Of a stretch of 64,000 nt of DNA, positions 59,890-64,000 are shown one piece after another (positions within the stretch are counted from its first letter, which is position 1; every line of letters starts with the position of its first letter). The translations under genes were made by a program, and so were the position numbers. This DNA is from Takakia lepidozioides. Taxonomy: Eukaryota; Plantae; Bryophyta. Under the pieces are notes generated by a model. The model was not told the DNA's origin and made no database searches. It saw nothing but the letters and a program-made list of their open reading frames with translations. The DNA lies in contig CM060732.1 of the NCBI GenBank assembly GCA_030704615.1, positions 51,212,001 to 51,276,000 on the forward strand, written 5' to 3'.

Positions 59890-61400
59890 CAATGACATAT
59901 CATCGTCATCGTCGTCATTTTAAAAGTGCCAAAAAACATATTTTTGAAAATCATCGTCAGTTAATATTACTGTCAACACATCATCATCGTCATTTTTAAA
60001 CTGTCTGAAAAGGGGGAAAAAAACTCATTTTTGAAATTGTTTTGTAAATGTGCTCAGTTATTATTACTTTCTTCTTTTCTTTTGTTTCTTCACACATTCA
60101 AAGTAAATGCTTTTTTTAAAAAAATGCTACAACATTTCTGACTATTGATTTGATGAAACCACTAAACAACAATCAATGGTTTATCCAGTTTTAAAAACCT
60201 TCAGAATTGGTTTTATGGTGAGCAAGTTTCAAATTACTAATATATTACGATAGTATATATATAATTATGAAATATCAAAGCTCTCAATATTGGATTTCAA
60301 TCTCTTATCTATATTTTAAACAAAAATAAGTATAGCTCTTAGTTAAGTCAGCTTGTCAACTCTAGTCGAAGTTTTTTCATGCTCATAATAGAAATAATAT
60401 CATTAATTATTTAAATATATTTTTATTTTAGAATTAATAATATTTTTGGCTAAAATAAACTTCTTTAAACATAATATGTTGTTTTAAAATTTTAATTATT
60501 AGAATATAAAGAGATATTGAAGCATATAAGAATGAAAGAAGAAAAAAAAAACTCTTGTCGAAGCACGTGTAACTTATAGTAGGATCACTTCACCTTGAGA
60601 AAGTATTGCTTTTCATTTGGAAAGTAAACACATTTTAACAGCTGTAACCAAGGCAACGTGGAAATGTTAAGTAACCATTTGTCCCAGTACCCCCTTTTTT
60701 CTTAACAAAGCTTAAGGAGAGCTGCCTAAACCCAACAGAAGTATTGTTGAATCGCACACTTGCATTAAGTTCTTACATTGTTTCTATTGTTTTTCGCATA
60801 AAATATATTTCCAATATTCAAAAGGAACGATAATATACAACGCTTCCTGAAGCAAGCGTAAGTTATGGTGTCTAATCAAAAGGTACATTGTTATCATAAG
60901 TCGTCACTAGTAGTGCGGAACAACGCGTTGTCCTAGTTTAATAAACATAGATATGGCTACAATGATGTTTGGGAATTGAAGGTCGGAGACGAGTTTTAGT
61001 GTACAAACAGCAGGAATATGGTGCACTATTGTCATGTAATCGCCATGCTATGTCATCATTGTTAGCCACGTTGTCGTCGTCATGCCATATCATCGTCGAT
61101 ATTTTTCAAGCTGCCCACAAAAAAAAAAAAACTGAAATTTGAAAATTGAAAATCATTATTATCGCCACATCATCATCGTCATTTTTAAGCTGCACGGAAG
61201 AAAAAACCTGAATTTTTCTTTTTTTCTTTTTTTAACGAATGTGTTCTAATATTACTTTCTTCATTTCCTTTGTTTCTTCACACATGTATAAATGTTACAA
61301 CGTTTCTACACATTTAATTATGATAAAACCATTAAAAATCTATAATTTATCGAGTATTCGAAACCCTCATAAGTTCAATCTTTTGATTTTACGGTGAGCA
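59890..61400 (+). repeat. Two diverged copies of a roughly 330-bp AT-rich repeat with CATCATCGTCATTTT motifs (about 59890-60230 and 61070-61400)
   Basis: Both contain CACATCATCATCGTCATTTTTAA...TTTGTTTCTTCACACAT...GGTGAGCAAG. Confidence 0.7.
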
Positions 61401-61652
61401 AGATTCACTAGGAGAGAGGATGTGGTCAGTTTCATGATAAGTTGTTGTAGGATCTGTGAAATATGTTCTCAAAAGGCCTGCCTAAACTTGTGACTGTCGG
61501 GTAGCCTTGTTTATTATTGCTGGGGGTAATACATGAAGAATGTCTCCACCTGGACAGTATCGAGTGACGAGTATCAATGGTCGGGTACCAGAACCAGTTA
61601 ACTGAAGCTTGGCCAGGGAAAACTCGGGTAGTTTGTGCATGAGTGTTTCAAA

Positions 61653-62400
61653 TTAAACCTGGTACGATGTCATGTTGGAAGCCAGTTCATCCGAAACCGT
61701 GGATTTTTGTGTGGTCATGTAGCTAGCCGTTTGTACTTCAAGCTCCTGGACAACTATATGCTTGAAACTGCCAATCTGCAATTTGTGTTTTTCGTTCTGC
61801 CAAGCCACAATCAAAAGTAATTCCTGCTTCAAGGATATCGCATTCGGTGGAGTATGAAACTGAATTGTTTCTATTGTATTGGCGAGAGTTTTGTTTATGT
61901 CCGTGAGTTGCAAGCGTTTGAGCACCTCTGGGTCCACTGATGTAGTACCGTTGAGACTGCGGGGGTGTGATGCAAAGCTGACAAACCTTCCCATGAACGG
62001 TACATTGGGTTTATATTGCCAGATGTTGTATATGGTGGCATTTTTACATGTAACATGGAGTGTGTCAAAATGCAGCTTCATGTTTTGTCTTTTGTTGGTG
62101 AAGAAGATGCTCGCGATGTTGCATTTCCCCATTAAATCCCTCAAGGCATTGCAAACATCGTTCTGTGATGTAGTAATCCTGATATGTCTAACAATAACTG
62201 TTAACGCCTCTCATTCTGCCTTGAGTGTCTTGGGCGGAATATTTTGTCTGTTTAGGCTTTCGAACCTTTCGGATACTTCAAGTATCTCATGTTCGTGACG
62301 TACTCCATGAGCAAGAGAGAGAGATCGGGTTTCTTCAGACGCTGTATGGAGAAATCCAAAGTTGGTTTTCGAGGTCCTCACCTGCATTGTACGATTCATA
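61653..62400 (-). mobile_element. Degenerate retroelement ORF1/gag-like (RRM-like) fragment
   Basis: A continuous frame with one stop reads LTVIVRHIRITTSQNDVCNALRDLMG...LHVTCKNATIYNIW...GRFVSFASHPRSLNG, an RRM-like pattern. Family assignment is tentative. Confidence 0.4.
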
Positions 62401-63704
62401 GATGATGTTTGCTTTGAATTGCGTTCTAGGCACTCCCTCCATGGTAGCGCCTTTTTTATAACCTGTAACCCCAATGCAAAGCATCGCGCCCATATGAGCT
62501 TCAACGAGGAGCTACAAATAATGAAGACAACGCAAGAATCCATAGCTGGGAGCTCTGCTCGACGAGACAAACTGTAGTCGAACACAAAGCGCGCGAAACC
62601 ACAGAGGGGCGAGTGAGGTGCTGCCGCCTAGCACTCCATGTCGGATGGCTGCTATTGTCCGCACGGACGGACATGCAGCCCATCGCCGCAAAGTAATGCC
62701 AGTGACCTGCCACGTCGGCAAGTCAACTGCGCTGGAGGATCCCAACCATGGATTTTGGGGTACTTGCTACAGTGAAAAAATCCTAGCTGCTGCACATTTA
62801 GGTTTTTGGGGGCGCAATAAATTGCCCCATGTATGTGTTGGGCTAGCGCACATTTTTTGTCAGACATTTTTAAATCTCATCCACGGGAGTTATCTTGTGC
62901 ATGAAATTGGGATCGACTTGATTCAGGTCGCTTGGGCCTAAGCTTAAAAAACCCAAAAAATAAAATATAAAAATATAAGTTTTTTTCAAATTTTCAAAGA
63001 AATTTAAACATATCGGGAAGCTAATGATGTCAACGTCAGCTGAAGCCAAAATAATAATAACAATAATAATAATAATAATTTATTTTTCAAACGTAAATTA
63101 ATTTAATGATGCCCTCAAGCTGATGGCATCAATGCCATCCAGAGTGAATAATAATAATAATAATAATAATAACTTTAAATATAAATTATTTTAAGCATAC
63201 ATTCATGCTAACAGCGTTCACGTCATCCGAAGCAAAAACAAAAATTTAACTCTTGCTTGAATCAATTGTTTTCCATATCAGCATGTGATATTCAATTAAG
63301 TATGTTTCTCAACTTCGTTAAGAAATGTTGGATGCTTTCAAAAAATGCATGGTGGGCAACGGGAGTTTGGTTGCACATGCTTATATTTAAAACTGGGGCA
63401 CCAGATTCCATGTACCCATATGAGTTTTACTAAGATATTGGGGAAGGCAGCACAATTGCCTCATTGTTTCTTTTTTAAGGAGTCTAGGTCAAAGCCATTT
63501 TTGCTCATGTAAAACTTTTAAGGATCTCGAGCTACAGTGGCTCTAACCCAGGGGTGTCAATTATGCAAATTGAAATGCTTGAGAAAAACCCGAAATATTC
63601 TTTAAATCATATCCCAAAGTAATAAGACTCAGTTGTTTTTCCTCGGCTCTTTTGTCTGCATTAAGAAATAGTTCAAGCTATTGACATTAACTCAATCCAT
63701 AAAT

Positions 63705-63709
63705 ATATG

Positions 63710-63749
<40 letters not shown>

Positions 63750-63758
63750 CTCTCTCTC
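63705..63758. repeat. (TA)n(TC)n microsatellite
   Basis: Directly visible. Confidence 0.95.
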
Positions 63759-64000
63759 TTTTTAAATAAATTCAATTAATTTAAGCATACTTTTAAGCTG
63801 ATAGAGTCACCAACATCCATATACGAAATTAGAAAAAACAAATGTTTTCTAAAATTCAGAAGGAAAAAAAAACAAAACAAAACAAAACAAAAAAAAAAAC
63901 TGTATATCTTTAAGCTGATGGCGTCAAAGCCATCCAGAGTGCAAAATTAAGTAAATAAATTAAAAAATAAATTTTATTTTTCAAATCAACTTAAACATGA

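Overview
Eukaryotic nuclear DNA, most likely a non-seed land plant (inferred from the spliced genes, PLS-type PPR relics and a Replitron-like relic). Host genes: a CASP-like gene, an intact MTERF4-like gene, a BIC-like gene, a multi-exon coiled-coil gene and an HMG-box/AT-hook gene. There are also local duplicates and pseudogenes (mTERF, CASPL, WDR5, PPR) and much transposon debris. The main feature is an 11.4-kb Mutator-like element (9867-21233) with a perfect 9-bp TSD (TTTCCAGAG) and short imperfect TIRs, inserted in a PPR relic that itself lies within a probable CACTA-type element. It carries two head-to-head genes. One is a GCM/WRKY-like zinc finger + MULE DDE + SWIM transposase. The other is a 9-exon accessory gene of about 1,090 aa that fuses a ParB/Srx-like domain to a prokaryote-type beta-class amino-(N4C/N6A) DNA methyltransferase-like domain. 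The two long introns of this accessory gene hold about 12 copies of a 24-bp palindrome (GTGAATGKCGT-CA-ACGMCATTCAC), some with compensatory changes. Together these suggest a candidate self-marking or anti-silencing system carried by a transposon. All domain calls are by-eye motif recognition; no database searches were run.
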